IMG/VR virus record: IMGVR_UViG_3300027844_002282
Source: a virus
DNA length: 64,000 nt
Strand: one strand, 5' to 3'
The notes beneath the pieces are model-generated. The model ran no database searches. It was not told the DNA's origin and saw only the letters and a program-made list of their open reading frames with translations. The first letter of the stretch is position 1. The number at the start of each line of letters is the position of its first letter. Of the stretch, positions 62,827-64,000 are shown piece by piece. The translations under genes and the position numbers were made by a program.

Positions 62827-63582
62827 TTAATAGGAGTCGCCAGAAACCCAATTGGGATCTGGAGTCCAAGGATCAGGTTTGATAACCGTCACACACTCCG
62901 AGGGGATCATCCCAAAGAAAACCAAAGTATCATCCGAAAGCATATCACCATCTATTTGTTCATCGTAATAATTTTCAACCCCTATCATATGGGCAAGGGC
63001 TTCTTTTTTATGGTACCCTTCGAGCGGATCTTCGCCGCCGACCTCTGGCACGGCACCCATCGATTTCATTTTCCCAACATCGATTTCTACAATAGCATCA
63101 TAGTCTCTGTCGGCAGTTTCGTAATCTGGAGAGGTGAAGACCCCACTTGGAGTCCATTTATTACTGAGCCCCCTACTTTCACTTCTTGGCTCTATCCCCT
63201 CATGGACGAGAGAATTTAATCGGTCAGAAGTAGTCCCGTGGTAGACTTTGTAATTATCGCCGACAGTGTCCCAAAACGGATCTTCTTCAGGGCTTGCTAT
63301 ATAACTATATATCTCCAGATCTGAAATATCACTAAGCCATTCATTTGTGTCCTTTATTGAAACACCAAATCCCTGTAGGCTACCATCCTTATTGAAGTCG
63401 TCAATTAACTGATCGTTGTCAAATACCAGAACAGGAGATGCTTCATGGAATTTAACTATTTCAAAAGTCTTCCCATAGTGATTCAAGATATTGATAATCC
63501 TTTGAGTACTTTCCGACTCTTCAATATCATCGTCAAAATATCCAGAAAAAGTCTCTTCTTGTGCTGATTTATACCAATCCAT
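62827..63582 (-). CDS. MDWYK-leader protein with ART-like domain
   Basis: likely start ATG 63582 (MDWYKSAQ); VYHGT...GIEP...GVFTS. Confidence 0.6.
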   Translation of the reverse strand: MDWYKSAQEETFSGYFDDDIEESESTQRIINILNHYGKTFEIVKFHEASPVLVFDNDQLIDDFNKDGSLQGFGVSIKDTNEWLSDISDLEIYSYIASPEEDPFWDTVGDNYKVYHGTTSDRLNSLVHEGIEPRSESRGLSNKWTPSGVFTSPDYETADRDYDAIVEIDVGKMKSMGAVPEVGGEDPLEGYHKKEALAHMIGVENYYDEQIDGDMLSDDTLVFFGMIPSECVTVIKPDPWTPDPNWVSGDSY

Positions 63583-63583
63583 A

Positions 63584-63838
63584 TTAATAACTCTCAATAG
63601 ATATTGACCACTCAGTCTCAATAGATTCGATTTCTGAGATAGTCTTGTCGATATTTTCCGGCGGCATTTCGCTGGGGTTGAAAAAAACAATAGCGGACTT
63701 ATTCATCTTGTTAAAATGAGGAAACCCATCTCCGCCAAATCTTCGAAAAGAAGACACGATTGAATTCAATTGTAGAGTTAGATTGTCTTTGGAATCATTT
63801 TCCTGAATACTCTTCGCCTTTTTATACCAATCCATCAT
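63584..63838 (-). CDS. MDWYKK-leader hypothetical protein
   Basis: RBS AGGGG before MMDWYKKAK; AGG-N19-GTA motif at 63862-63886. Confidence 0.6.
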   Translation of the reverse strand: MMDWYKKAKSIQENDSKDNLTLQLNSIVSSFRRFGGDGFPHFNKMNKSAIVFFNPSEMPPENIDKTISEIESIETEWSISIESY

Positions 63839-64000
63839 GTAACCCCTTGTATTGTTATAAATACAAAACAAGACTTAAAAGACCCTTCAAGATGGCCATG
63901 GCCAGTTCCTCAATCCCTTTCTGTTGGCGATAGTGATGTGGAATTTCTTGAATCTGTCAAAATGGGCCGTGAGGCCCAACTCGGCGCGAATAGCCATAAT

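Noticed and set aside
1-64000. Bacterial chromosome or integrated prophage
   Set aside because: No rRNA, core housekeeping operons or integrase; the terminase, dense small ORFs and dispersed tRNA array fit a large phage.

Overview
This window is a 64-kb segment of a large (jumbo-type) tailed bacteriophage genome, AT-rich and read in the standard code. From left to right it holds: a terminase large subunit; a glycosyltransferase/sulfotransferase/methyltransferase/sulfatase cluster; an AAA ATPase; a repeat-rich strand-switch region; an RdgC-like gene; and a possible lysis-type module. A dispersed array of about 20 tRNA and tRNA-like genes follows (16.8-29.4 kb), interleaved with unassigned structured RNAs and two divergent GluRS-like genes. 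Further right are a very short RNase P RNA, a tmRNA with a group I intron in its T-loop next to an HNH-type nuclease gene, and many auxiliary genes (prs, cysC, split HldE/RfaE domains, peptide deformylase, nicotinamidase-like, RNA ligase, Tpt1/KptA, CCA-adding enzyme). Main unexplained patterns: (1) a shared N-terminal M-[NDS]-W-Y-K leader on 8 unrelated proteins, including the CCA enzyme and ART-like proteins; (2) a recurrent AGG-N19-G[AT]A promoter-like motif that precedes most of those genes; (3) a leader-peptide attenuator with mixed codons in front of the first tRNA genes; (4) tRNA-framed RNAs with very large variable-arm insertions. Several broken ORFs may be sequencing errors. All calls come from reading motifs by eye; no database searches were run.
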